This document shows, one piece after another, positions 28,025-37,292 of a stretch of DNA of 64,000 nucleotides. Within the stretch, counting starts at the first letter, position 1. Each line of letters opens with the position of its first letter. Location: positions 384,001 through 448,000 of the forward strand of contig JBMNIH010000003.1 of assembly GCA_050950825.1 (NCBI GenBank), read 5' to 3'. The position numbers were made by a program, and so were the translations under genes. The stretch comes from Clostridia bacterium. Its GTDB lineage: Bacteria; Bacillota; Clostridia; JAAYHZ01. The notes beneath the pieces are model-generated. The model worked only from the letters and a program-made list of their open reading frames with translations, was not told where the DNA came from and made no database searches.

Positions 28025-29314
28025 ATGGAGTTTAAAATGGAACTAAATCAAGATGAAAGAGACATTCTGGAAGGCAAGCAAGGTGAAACGCTACAGAAAA
28101 TAATGAAAACCGTCGTGGAATACGGGGAAATGTTCGGCGCAAAAAGATTAGTCCCGCTGACGGGAGCGTCTCATTTGGTTACGTCATACGGTATGCCGCA
28201 GTTAGAAGCCATGTATGACATTATGGACGAAATGATCAAAAACGGTATCAAAGCAAAAGTGCCTTTTACCGTCGGCCCGAGGCCTTTTGATCATGAACGA
28301 GTGAAAACGGATGGCGGAGAAAAACGCTCTCTCAAACAATTATACGGAAAACAAAAGGAATTGGAAGAAAAATTAAAGGCTTTAGGCTTAAGAGACGACA
28401 AAGCCTTTACCAACACGCCCTATGTTCCGGAAGTTAATAACAAACCGAAAGAAGGGGACATATTGGCATGGTCGGATCCTTCCGCCGTAACGTTTGTCAA
28501 TTCGGTATTCGGTGCACGAACCAATCTGAATCCTCCTTTAATCGATCTGTTCTGTGCCGTATTGGGAAAAGCGCCGGAGTACGGATTGTTGACCGACGAA
28601 GGCCGAAAAGCCACATGGAACGTTGTTATCAATACCAGGAAGGCTCCCAATCCTCAAATATTGGGACATGCAATCGGTATGAAAGCCCAAGGGCAAATAC
28701 CTTACATACAAGGTGTTGACACCTTCTTCGGAAGAAAGATCGAAGAAGACTTGTACGACTTTATTCAAGAATTGAGCGGTGTGCTGGCTCAATTCGGAAT
28801 CCATCAGTTCCATATCGACCACACCACGCCGGAAGCGATAAACCAAGGCAAGAATTTAATGGCGGAAAATCCGCAAGTCTACATTGTTGACGATGAAGAG
28901 CTGGCCGATTTGGCATTGTCTTATCCTTCTCCTTGGAGAAAGCAAAAAGTAAAACCGGCCATGTGCATCATCGGTTATCCCCAATTGAACTTGCATCAAG
29001 TCGAATATTGGACCACCGTTATTTTCCGCGGCATGAAAATGCACGGCAAGCATAAGATTAACACTCCTACTTACCTATGCGTTGCTCCGGAGGTTTTGGC
29101 AAAATTCCAAACCAACTATACGTTAAAAACCCAAGTGGAAGAAGCGGGAATCCAATTTACCACCATGTGTCCGCTGGCATTCTTGAAAAATGCCAAGACA
29201 GCGAAGAAGCCCGTGGTGACGAATTCTAACGTATTGCGTATGAACGCAAACGTAAAATATTACGACGTATCCGAATTGACAAGTATCATTGCAACCGGGA
29301 GGTGTCAAGAATGA
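28025..29314 (+). CDS. Aconitase X large/catalytic-domain homolog (DUF521), degenerate active site
   Basis: ILEGKQGE..QKIMK, NSVFGARTN, YGLLTDEGRKA and VVTNS match AcnX; the Cys motifs are altered (TNTPY, GYPQ). Confidence 0.8.
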   Translation: MEFKMELNQDERDILEGKQGETLQKIMKTVVEYGEMFGAKRLVPLTGASHLVTSYGMPQLEAMYDIMDEMIKNGIKAKVPFTVGPRPFDHERVKTDGGEKRSLKQLYGKQKELEEKLKALGLRDDKAFTNTPYVPEVNNKPKEGDILAWSDPSAVTFVNSVFGARTNLNPPLIDLFCAVLGKAPEYGLLTDEGRKATWNVVINTRKAPNPQILGHAIGMKAQGQIPYIQGVDTFFGRKIEEDLYDFIQELSGVLAQFGIHQFHIDHTTPEAINQGKNLMAENPQVYIVDDEELADLALSYPSPWRKQKVKPAMCIIGYPQLNLHQVEYWTTVIFRGMKMHGKHKINTPTYLCVAPEVLAKFQTNYTLKTQVEEAGIQFTTMCPLAFLKNAKTAKKPVVTNSNVLRMNANVKYYDVSELTSIIATGRCQE

Positions 29315-29703
29315 GTAAAAAATTTCAAGGTAGGGTAATAGCAAAGGGCAATCTTACCGGTTCCGCCGTCGTTTCCGAGGATTTGTTGAATTTAATGGCG
29401 ATTGTAGACAACGCAGTGATTCAACATGACGTAAAAGGCAATATTCTTTGCTTGCCGAAGGCCGGGTTTACAAAATTCGGCGGCATGTTTCTTTTAACCG
29501 CATGCAAAAAAGGTTTTGCGCCTTCCGCAATGCTGTTCTCCGAAACCGTCGACGAAGAATCCGCTTCCGCCATCGTAGCGGCAAGCAATTGGCTAGGCTA
29601 TAGCCTTATTGCCATTGACCGGCTGGGAAATGAATTCCTCGACATGGTGAAAAACGACACGAAAATTGAAATCAAGGATACGGGAGAAGTCACCATACTG
29701 TAG
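29311..29703 (+). CDS. Aconitase X swivel/small subunit homolog (DUF126)
   Basis: FQGRVIAKG...G.A.VS, GNILCLP, APSAMLFSE; overlaps the stop of the DUF521 gene. Confidence 0.75.
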   Translation: MSKKFQGRVIAKGNLTGSAVVSEDLLNLMAIVDNAVIQHDVKGNILCLPKAGFTKFGGMFLLTACKKGFAPSAMLFSETVDEESASAIVAASNWLGYSLIAIDRLGNEFLDMVKNDTKIEIKDTGEVTIL

Positions 29704-29737
29704 CCGAAAATAAAAACGAAGCAAATATCACGGATAA

Positions 29738-29769
29738 ATAAAAAACCTTCAATTTTGAAGGTTTTTTAT
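29738..29769. terminator. Bidirectional intrinsic terminator
   Basis: ATAAAAAACCTTCAA / TTGAAGGTTTTTTAT palindrome between convergent genes. Confidence 0.8.
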
Positions 29770-29777
29770 ATTCCCAT

Positions 29778-30698
29778 TTATAGCTTTTCCGGATACTTGC
29801 CTTCCCTCACCATTTTGAGTATGGCTTCTTTTACTCGCGGCTTGTCTTCGGCATACGTGACTCCGTACCATAAGTCCTTGGATTTTAGCACTCTTACCTT
29901 CGCCGTACCGGAGGACAGCAACTCGTCCACCGCAAAGGGCAAGTAAAACTCGGCGGTTTCAAGGTTTCGGTCTTCGTCCGATAAGAACAAAACGAATTGC
30001 TCCTTCAGTTTATCAAAGAACTCCGGAGTAAATCCCCACATATTCATGGATACTATGGACATGGGATCTACTTCCGTCCAGTCGGAGGTTTTTTCGTCGT
30101 AATACTTGGTACCGTCGTAAAAGACTTGGATTTTCGTTCTTTCAACGATTCGGGTAAGATAACCGGATTCGTTGATGGTACAGATCCCTCTTGCCACATG
30201 ACCGTGTTCGGTCAGGGTATTTTTCAAAATATACCCTACCATACAGTAGCGATACGGTTCTTTTTGCTCGGACAAATAGTCGTGTATCAATTGAAAGGCT
30301 TCTTTGCCGTAATAATCGTCCGCATTAATAACGCAAAAAGGGTTTTTGACCGCGTTTCTTGCCGAATAGACGGCATGCCCTGTACCCCAAGGCTTGATAC
30401 GGTTTTCCGGTACCTGAAATCCTGCAGGGATATCGTGAATATCTTGAAAAACATATTGAACCGCCATTCTTTCCTCTATTTTACGGCCGATCTTTTCTTT
30501 AAAAAGCTCTTCGTGTTCTTTTTTAATAATAAATACGACCTCATCGAATCCGGCCAATTTGGCATCGTAAATGGAATATTCCAATATACTTTCGCCGCCG
30601 GGTCCGAAGGAGTCCATTTGCTTTAATCCGCCGTACCTGCTTCCCATCCCTGCCGCCATAACAACTAAAGTTGTTTTCAAACCATTCTCCTCCTTCAT
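29778..30698 (-). CDS. Sugar-phosphate nucleotidyltransferase family protein
   Basis: MAAGMGSRYGGLKQ, KPWGTGHA, INADDYYG, WYGVTY.ED. Confidence 0.88.
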   Translation of the reverse strand: MKEENGLKTTLVVMAAGMGSRYGGLKQMDSFGPGGESILEYSIYDAKLAGFDEVVFIIKKEHEELFKEKIGRKIEERMAVQYVFQDIHDIPAGFQVPENRIKPWGTGHAVYSARNAVKNPFCVINADDYYGKEAFQLIHDYLSEQKEPYRYCMVGYILKNTLTEHGHVARGICTINESGYLTRIVERTKIQVFYDGTKYYDEKTSDWTEVDPMSIVSMNMWGFTPEFFDKLKEQFVLFLSDEDRNLETAEFYLPFAVDELLSSGTAKVRVLKSKDLWYGVTYAEDKPRVKEAILKMVREGKYPEKL

Positions 30699-30736
30699 TC
30701 GCCGAGATCAAACTTGTCTTCATTATTGTACACCCA

Positions 30737-31525
30737 TTAAGAATGTAAATCAATGGAAACCTTTCGCTTCATAAACCATCGTACCGTTTCTTCGTATGAC
30801 ATGGGACCGCCGAAAATATCCAAAGCACTTCCGATGGTGGCGTTGATTTTCCCTTTTCCGGCCTGTGCGAACTCCTCCAGGTCCAAAAGCCCGGAAATCC
30901 CGCCGGCGTAGGTAACCGGAATCCTTGCGCAGCGAGCCAAAAGAAGGGTAAGGTCTTTGTCGAAGCCAAGCTTCTTTCCTTCCACATCCACGCCGTGGAC
31001 CAAAAACTCGCTGCAGTATTCTTCCAATAGCCGTATGTTTTGCTCCGACAGCTCGAAATCGGTAAAACGCTGCCAGCGGTCCGTCACCACATAGTAACGG
31101 CCTTCTTTCTTTCTACAGCTTAAATCCAGAACCAAACGATCTTTGCCGACAAGATCGACCATTTCTTTCAATCGTTCAAAATCCAACCGCCCGTCGCGGA
31201 AGATATAGGAGGTGACGATGACGTGAGATGCGCCCTTCGAAAGATAAAACAAAGCGTTGTCCGGCGTGATGCCTCCCCCGATTTGAAGGCCTCCGGGAAA
31301 GGCGGCAAGCGCACGAAAGGCCGCTTCTTCGTTTCCTTTGCCCAGCATGATGATGTGCCCTCCGTACAAGCCGTCCTTTTGAAACAAACGGGCATAGTAT
31401 TCCGGGGGCTTTTCGGAAACAAAGTTTTCCGTCGGCTTTTCTCGGTCATCCAATGTGCTTCCTACAATTTGTTTGACTTTTCCTTCGTGCAAATCGATAC
31501 AAGGTCGAAACTCCAAAAAAGTCAC
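30737..31525 (-). CDS. hisA: ProFAR isomerase, His6/eukaryote-type HisA
   Basis: FRPCIDLHEGKVKQIVG, GGHIIML, LQIGGGI, ASHVIVTS, DLSCR, HGVDVEG, TIGSALDIFGG. Confidence 0.9.
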   Translation of the reverse strand: MTFLEFRPCIDLHEGKVKQIVGSTLDDREKPTENFVSEKPPEYYARLFQKDGLYGGHIIMLGKGNEEAAFRALAAFPGGLQIGGGITPDNALFYLSKGASHVIVTSYIFRDGRLDFERLKEMVDLVGKDRLVLDLSCRKKEGRYYVVTDRWQRFTDFELSEQNIRLLEEYCSEFLVHGVDVEGKKLGFDKDLTLLLARCARIPVTYAGGISGLLDLEEFAQAGKGKINATIGSALDIFGGPMSYEETVRWFMKRKVSIDLHS

Positions 31526-31552
31526 CTCCGCATTTTTTCTATATCTGATATA

Positions 31553-33442
31553 TTACAATTCTTCATAAAGCTTTTCCAACTCTTTTTGCAGCATTCCGTA
31601 TTCCGCAAACAATTCCGGGTTGTACTCCTTGTTCATCATCTCTTCCAGCTCCTGCAGCCGATTCTCTTTTTCCGTAATCAAGACTTCCATTTTCCGAAAC
31701 CTTTGCTGCTCCGGATCCGGCTCTTCCTGCCGGTCTTTTTTGCTGTCGGCAGAGTCCGTCTTTTTATTTTTCGAAGAGCTTTCTTTTTGAGGCTTTGAAT
31801 CCTGCCCGTTTTCCGTCCTTCTTTTTCTTTCGGCGCTGTATTGTTCATAACCGTCCGGGTAAGATACGAATCGATAATCTTTAATTTCCAAAATTCGATT
31901 CATACAATGGGATAGGAAATACCGATCATGGGATACGGCAATCACCGTTCCTTTGTAGTCGGCAATCATTTCTTCCAAACGATCCCGGGAATCCGCATCC
32001 AAATGGTTCGTCGGTTCGTCCATAATCAAGCAAAAAGGATCATTCATCAAAAGCAATGCCAATTTCAAACGAACTTTTTCTCCTCCGCTTAAAATACGAA
32101 TGCTTTTGTCCGCCTCGTTGCCGAAAAAGCCGTAATCCGAAAGAATATGCAAGGCTTCTTTTCGGTCCAAATCGAATGTTTTTGCCACCTCTTCCCATAC
32201 GGCGGCATCTTCGTTTTGAAATTCCACCGTCTGGCCTAAGTAAGCGTATTTCACCCAATCTCCTAAAACCGCCGTTCCTTGGTAATCCTTATCGATACCG
32301 ATCAAAATGTTGATCAACGTGGTTTTTCCGCAGCCGTTAGGTCCTACAATGCCCACCTTCTCTCCGCCCCGTATTAAAAATTCCGCTCGATCAAAAATCT
32401 TTACGGGACCATAGGATTTGGATAAATTTTTCGCGTAGGCAATCTCGGCACTGACATGGACGTTTTCAACTTCCTTCAGTTTGAGGCCGGGACCGTCCTT
32501 TAAGGGCCCTTGTCCCGAAACTTCCGATATTTGCTCCAAAGACCGGGTCAAGCGTTCCAGCGTTTTTTCACGGCTGTGATATGCCCCTATTTGGTTGCGG
32601 CTTTTTAAATCTTGAATCAGCTTTTGCGTTTCTTTTATTTCCCGAACCAGTTTTTTTCTTTCCTTTTGGTAAAACTCTTGCTGCGATCTTTTTTGGTTAA
32701 GGTAAGAAGTATAGGAGGAGGCTTTGCTTTCCGCCGCCATACCGCCTCTTAATTCGACGATTCGGGTAGTCACACGGTCTAAAAAGTATCGGTCGTGGGA
32801 TACCAGCAAAACACCGCCGCCGTAGGATAAAAGAAAGTTTTCCAACCACTCCACCGCATCGATATCCAAATGGTTGGTAGGCTCGTCCAAAAGGAGCAAT
32901 TCGGGGCTCTCCAGCAAGATCCAAGCCAAAGCAACCCGAATTTTTTCACCGCCGCTTAAATTGGCCAAAGGAATACGAAGCACTTCTTTTTTTAAACCCA
33001 ATCCGTTTAATATTTTCATCAAAGACGCTTCCGTTTTGTGGCCGTCCAAGCTTTGGAACAAATCCAAAGCCTTTTGGTATTCGGAAAGCAAACGCTTGTA
33101 TTCTTCTTCGCTTTGCTCTTGGCTCATTCGGTGTTCCAATTCTTCAATTCGTTTTTCCACCCGCAGAATTTTCTCGTATTCCAATGCGGTATGGCGAGAA
33201 AAGATCTCGTCCGTATCGGCGCTTTGAGACAAATATCCGGTTTTTATGCCGTGGGCTTTTATTACCGTACCGGAATCCGGTACTTCCGTTCCGTTGATAA
33301 TTTTCAAAAGGGTGGTTTTGCCGGCACCGTTAGGACCGATTAATGCGACCCGGTCCCCTTTTTGCACCGTTAAACTCACGTTATTTAAAACGACTCGATT
33401 TCTATATTCTTTTATAATATTCGTAACAGCTAATAAACTCAT
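31553..33442 (-). CDS. ABC-F family ribosome-associated ATPase (possible ribosomal protection protein)
   Basis: Two NBDs (GPNGAGKT/LSGGE/DEPTNHLD and GPNGCGKT/LSGGE/DEPTNHLD), no TM segments, helical linker and C-terminal coiled coil. Confidence 0.9.
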   Translation of the reverse strand: MSLLAVTNIIKEYRNRVVLNNVSLTVQKGDRVALIGPNGAGKTTLLKIINGTEVPDSGTVIKAHGIKTGYLSQSADTDEIFSRHTALEYEKILRVEKRIEELEHRMSQEQSEEEYKRLLSEYQKALDLFQSLDGHKTEASLMKILNGLGLKKEVLRIPLANLSGGEKIRVALAWILLESPELLLLDEPTNHLDIDAVEWLENFLLSYGGGVLLVSHDRYFLDRVTTRIVELRGGMAAESKASSYTSYLNQKRSQQEFYQKERKKLVREIKETQKLIQDLKSRNQIGAYHSREKTLERLTRSLEQISEVSGQGPLKDGPGLKLKEVENVHVSAEIAYAKNLSKSYGPVKIFDRAEFLIRGGEKVGIVGPNGCGKTTLINILIGIDKDYQGTAVLGDWVKYAYLGQTVEFQNEDAAVWEEVAKTFDLDRKEALHILSDYGFFGNEADKSIRILSGGEKVRLKLALLLMNDPFCLIMDEPTNHLDADSRDRLEEMIADYKGTVIAVSHDRYFLSHCMNRILEIKDYRFVSYPDGYEQYSAERKRRTENGQDSKPQKESSSKNKKTDSADSKKDRQEEPDPEQQRFRKMEVLITEKENRLQELEEMMNKEYNPELFAEYGMLQKELEKLYEEL

Positions 33443-33445
33443 TGA

Positions 33446-33509
33446 TAAACCTCCATTAAAAAAACGTACAAACGACCCTAAAAAGTCGTATTCACCGTAA
33501 TGGAGTTTA
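33446..33509 (-). promoter_or_regulatory. Attenuator hairpin: SD-occluding stem with nested terminator-like stem and U7
   Basis: In the mRNA UAAACUCCAUUA pairs with UAAUGGAGGUUUA (the ABC-F SD); an inner ACGAC/GUCGU stem is followed by UUUUUUU. Confidence 0.65.
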
Positions 33510-33643
33510 CAAGGGGTAGATTATGAATGGAAAACAGGAAATAAGGACGCGGCAAAGGGACAATAGAAAGCTTCTTTCTATCGTTTCAACCTTTTCCGGC
33601 TACCCGCTGTAAAATCCGCTTCGTGCAATCGGGAGCCTGAAAA

Positions 33644-33706
33644 TCAGAATTGCCCGAAGCGAATGCCGAAGTAGCAAACTCTTGCCGCATAAGAAATGTT
33701 CAGCAT
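33644..33706 (-). CDS. Putative leader peptide (uORF) MLNISYAARVCYFGIRFGQF
   Basis: AGGAAGGA SD 8 nt before ATG 33706, TGA at 33644-33646, inside the ABC-F 5' leader. Confidence 0.6.
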   Translation of the reverse strand: MLNISYAARVCYFGIRFGQF

Positions 33707-33754
33707 TACAAAAATCCTTCCTGTAAAGGTACAAAACCTTTCGATACTTCTTTT

Positions 33755-33783
33755 ATTATACTCTTAAACCGAAAAGAAGTCAA
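33755..33783 (-). promoter_or_regulatory. SigA promoter for the ABC-F leader
   Basis: TTGACT-17 nt-TATAAT overlapping the helD stop codon. Confidence 0.7.
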
Positions 33784-35972
33784 TCTTCCAAGTATTCGAT
33801 GTTCTTTCCCTCGGGATATAATACGTACAGCCGGTGAAGAGCCCTGCTGCAGGCGGTATAAAACAATTTGCGTTCTCCTTCACCGCTAAACATATCCTCG
33901 GGAGTGGCAACCACAATCACCGTGTCAAATTCCAGTCCCTTTGCCAAATAAGATGGGATGGCCGATATTCCGTGATAAAATTCCACGCCACGGCTGTCGA
34001 TAAGGCGCATAGGCCAATGACGGCTCAGTGTAACATACAAATCCGTAGACGTTTTTTTGCTTCGTCCGATCAACGCGACGGACCTTCGTTCCCCGCTGTG
34101 CTCCTTGATGAGCCCCGACAATTGCTCCGCCAGCTGCTCCGGACTCTCGTAAGGAATTACTTGGGGCTTCGGACCGTGGCGGTTCACCGCTTCCTGCTCA
34201 TCGATTTTTAAGCCTACCAGCCGATTGCAAAATTCCGTGATCTCGAAAGTGGACCGATACGACTTCGGCATATGAATATGATTAAATTCCTCTTCCTCCG
34301 TCAGTTCTTTGATAACCTCCATACTCCCCACATTACTTAAGGGATTGATGGCTTGGTTGATATCCCCTAACAGCGTCAAATCCGCTTGCCTATAATAAGC
34401 CCTTACCGCCATAATCTGCAACGGTGAATAATCCTGAACCTCGTCGATAACCGTATGCTTTATTTTTCTTCGGTCCTCGTCTTCTTTCGTGATCCGTGAA
34501 TGGATGTATAAAATAGGGGCTATATCTTCAAAAGGCACGATACGGTTTTTTAAATTTCTTAAGGTGATACGAATTCCGCTTATCTTCTTTTGCTCGGTAA
34601 CCTTTTTCAAAAACGAGGCATACATATTCACCGGCTCGGCGGAAAGCAATTGGGAAACGGCCGCCACAATATCGATGAACTTTTCATTGATTTGCATACG
34701 AGCCACCGCTTTGGCTTCTTTTTCATCCGTATATTCGCCGGTCTCCCAAAGACGATCGGCGGCTTGGTTAATCATCTCTTTTTTTACCTTGCTTAAAACG
34801 GTTTCGATGTAGGTCTTTACTCGTTCCATTCGGTAAGAATATTGCAGGTATTTGGCCGATGCGTAAAGCTCTCGAAGCTTGGATTTCGTGATTATCACTT
34901 GACCGTCGATTTCAATATCGTCAAAATCGGGACCCGAATCGATATATCGGTTCACGTGGTCTTCCAAAAGCCGAGCGAATTCAAGGGAATTTTTCCAACG
35001 AATAAGCTCGTGTATATTCGATACGTTTTTTGTTTTTAAGTAGCGTTCCATCAGCTCGCCTTGGGACAGCACCTTGAACTCCGGTCCCAATACGATCCTG
35101 CCTAAATCCGTAAAGGTTTTCATGACCACATTTTGCTCCCCTAAGTCCGGAAGCACGTCGGAAATGTAGTCGTTGAATATTTTGTTGGGGGTCAGCGCAA
35201 CAATTTGATCCGCCTTTATTCGATCCCTGTTCTTGTACAACAGCCATGCGATTCGGTGAAGAGCCACCGATGTTTTACCGGACCCTGCAGGACCGGTTAC
35301 CAACAACACCTTTGATCTGCGGTCGCGAATCGCCTTATTTTGCTCTTGCTGAATGGTACGTACGATAACGGACATTTTCTCATCGGTGTTCTTCGATAGA
35401 ATTTCTTGGAGTATTTCGTCATCGATCTTGACGGTGGTGTCAAAAGCACCGACGATTTTATCTTTCTCAATTTTATACTGCCTCTTCAAGGTCAATTCCG
35501 TTAGAACCGTTCCCCCGGGACTTTCGTATGTTAAAGTTCCCAATCGATCTTCATAAAACAAAGAGCAGATATCCGCTCTCCAATCGCAGATTAATATCTC
35601 TCGGTCCTTTTCCAGCGTCGATGTTCCGATATAGATGGTTTCGGTTTCATTATCCGGGTATCGAAGATCAATCCGTCCGAAATAGGGGGTTTTTCTTAGC
35701 AAAAGCAAATTGTAGTAGATTCGCTTGGCATTTTCCGCACCGGTCAATGTGGTCTTGATCATTTGAATATATTGGTTATATTGCAAATGCTGCTGCACAT
35801 CCCCGGGGATGAATGCGCCTACATCCTCCCATAATTCTTTATTCAATTCTCGGTATTCTTTATTCAGCTTCTCCCTGATCTCGGTGTACTCGCCGATTTT
35901 TTCTTCTAACACCTCGATAATATAGTCAAGATGTTTTTGTTCCAGTTCCATTTCCCTTGCAGGTATTGCCAT
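33780..35972 (-). CDS. helD: RNA polymerase recycling motor HelD (SF1 helicase-like)
   Basis: PYFGRID, IYIG, DWRA, IVRTIQQEQN..IR, GPAGSGKTSVALHRIAWLLY, IDEVQD, LGD.NQ, SYRST, KGLEFD, YTACSRALH. Confidence 0.92.
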   Translation of the reverse strand: MAIPAREMELEQKHLDYIIEVLEEKIGEYTEIREKLNKEYRELNKELWEDVGAFIPGDVQQHLQYNQYIQMIKTTLTGAENAKRIYYNLLLLRKTPYFGRIDLRYPDNETETIYIGTSTLEKDREILICDWRADICSLFYEDRLGTLTYESPGGTVLTELTLKRQYKIEKDKIVGAFDTTVKIDDEILQEILSKNTDEKMSVIVRTIQQEQNKAIRDRRSKVLLVTGPAGSGKTSVALHRIAWLLYKNRDRIKADQIVALTPNKIFNDYISDVLPDLGEQNVVMKTFTDLGRIVLGPEFKVLSQGELMERYLKTKNVSNIHELIRWKNSLEFARLLEDHVNRYIDSGPDFDDIEIDGQVIITKSKLRELYASAKYLQYSYRMERVKTYIETVLSKVKKEMINQAADRLWETGEYTDEKEAKAVARMQINEKFIDIVAAVSQLLSAEPVNMYASFLKKVTEQKKISGIRITLRNLKNRIVPFEDIAPILYIHSRITKEDEDRRKIKHTVIDEVQDYSPLQIMAVRAYYRQADLTLLGDINQAINPLSNVGSMEVIKELTEEEEFNHIHMPKSYRSTFEITEFCNRLVGLKIDEQEAVNRHGPKPQVIPYESPEQLAEQLSGLIKEHSGERRSVALIGRSKKTSTDLYVTLSRHWPMRLIDSRGVEFYHGISAIPSYLAKGLEFDTVIVVATPEDMFSGEGERKLFYTACSRALHRLYVLYPEGKNIEYLED

Positions 35973-36012
35973 CTTAACCCTCCGTTCTAGAAAAGGAAAA
36001 AATCATTTATCT

Positions 36013-36041
36013 ATTGTATCAACTGTGTAAATTTATGTCAA
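36013..36041 (-). promoter_or_regulatory. SigA promoter for helD
   Basis: TTGACA-17 nt-TACAAT. Confidence 0.7.
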
Positions 36042-36104
36042 CCTATTAAAAAGTTCCGTTCACAGTATTAAGATGTCCCGCATCGTTCTTTTGACAACCG
36101 GAAA

Positions 36105-37223
36105 TTATCGGTTTTTGCGAACAATCCAAAGCACGACAAAGCATACGGTGATGACCGATCCTAAAAAACCGAATACCGGATAGATTGCGGCGATTAAAGA
36201 ATCGAACCCTAAAGGCAGCGCCAAAACGGATAGCAAGCTCAAAAGCAAAAGGGTTGTTTCCTTTTTTAAGGGAAGCTTTTTTACGGCCCGTTCCGTTACG
36301 ATCATGCCGGAATTAAAACCGGTGTATAAAATGCACAGCAAAAGAACCGCGGCAAAAAAGATTCGAACAATTTGAAAATTTTCTTCCGTCATGTCCAATA
36401 AGGGAAAGCTGTGGGTTCCCCGATACCAAAACCATAATACCAAGTGGATTAAAAACGACAAAACAAACAATACGGCTCCTCCTGCAATGCTTCCGGCGAC
36501 GGCGCTTTTTTCCGACGAGGCGGAGTTACACGCTTTGCAAAGCAAATCCGCCGACACAAAGGAGTTGTATCCCACGTAAAACACCGCCGAAAGAAACCAA
36601 GAGCCAAAGCCTTGGACAAAATAGGCTGAAAACACCTTGATAAGCCTTCCCGCTACAATGGCAAACAATACCGTTCCGGTTCCGCACAGCATGAGAAGCC
36701 GCATCCAACCGGCGAAGGGTTTGCTTTGAATATCGAATATACAGTAAAGATAAAACAACAGCACGTACAAAGCGTATGCATAAAGAGGCGGAACAAAAAC
36801 GATTTCGTTCCATATTTTCGTCCAAGCGCTCAACATCAGCACAAACAAGCAAAAGGAAAAAAGAGTTCCCGTTACATGGGCAAAACCGGCAAAATATTGG
36901 CCGCCTGCGGCTTTGTATAAATCGATCAGCCGATCGGCTCCGGTTTTATACACCGTTCGAACCACGGCGTAGCCGAAAAACGAATACAAAACGGAAGCCG
37001 CAACAATTCCGTAAAAACCCTTCATTCCGTAAGAGGTAAAAAAATGAAGAACCTCGTTTCCCGAGGCAAAGCCCACGCCCATTACGGAACAAGCATAGAT
37101 CAGACCGATAGCGGCTCCGGTAAGATTTTTCCTTCGGTAAGGGGCTAAAGTCCGTTTTTTTGTATTGTACTTTTCCAAATCGTATTTTTTGTTCTCGGTG
37201 ATAACAAGGGCTCTTTCATCCAT
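36105..37223 (-). CDS. YkvI-family membrane protein
   Basis: GVGFASGNEVLHFF..YG..G, YVGYN, IYPVFGFLG; about ten TM segments. Confidence 0.8.
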   Translation of the reverse strand: MDERALVITENKKYDLEKYNTKKRTLAPYRRKNLTGAAIGLIYACSVMGVGFASGNEVLHFFTSYGMKGFYGIVAASVLYSFFGYAVVRTVYKTGADRLIDLYKAAGGQYFAGFAHVTGTLFSFCLFVLMLSAWTKIWNEIVFVPPLYAYALYVLLFYLYCIFDIQSKPFAGWMRLLMLCGTGTVLFAIVAGRLIKVFSAYFVQGFGSWFLSAVFYVGYNSFVSADLLCKACNSASSEKSAVAGSIAGGAVLFVLSFLIHLVLWFWYRGTHSFPLLDMTEENFQIVRIFFAAVLLLCILYTGFNSGMIVTERAVKKLPLKKETTLLLLSLLSVLALPLGFDSLIAAIYPVFGFLGSVITVCFVVLWIVRKNR

Positions 37224-37267
37224 AAAAAAATCGACCTCCGTATAATCATCTTTATTCGGAGGTCGAT
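37224..37267 (-). terminator. Terminator of the Gld-like operon, abutting the ykvI start codon
   Basis: ATCGACCTCCG / CGGAGGTCGAT stem followed by a T run directly before ATG. Confidence 0.7.
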
Positions 37268-37292
37268 AGGAACATTCCGGTATTTCTATTCG

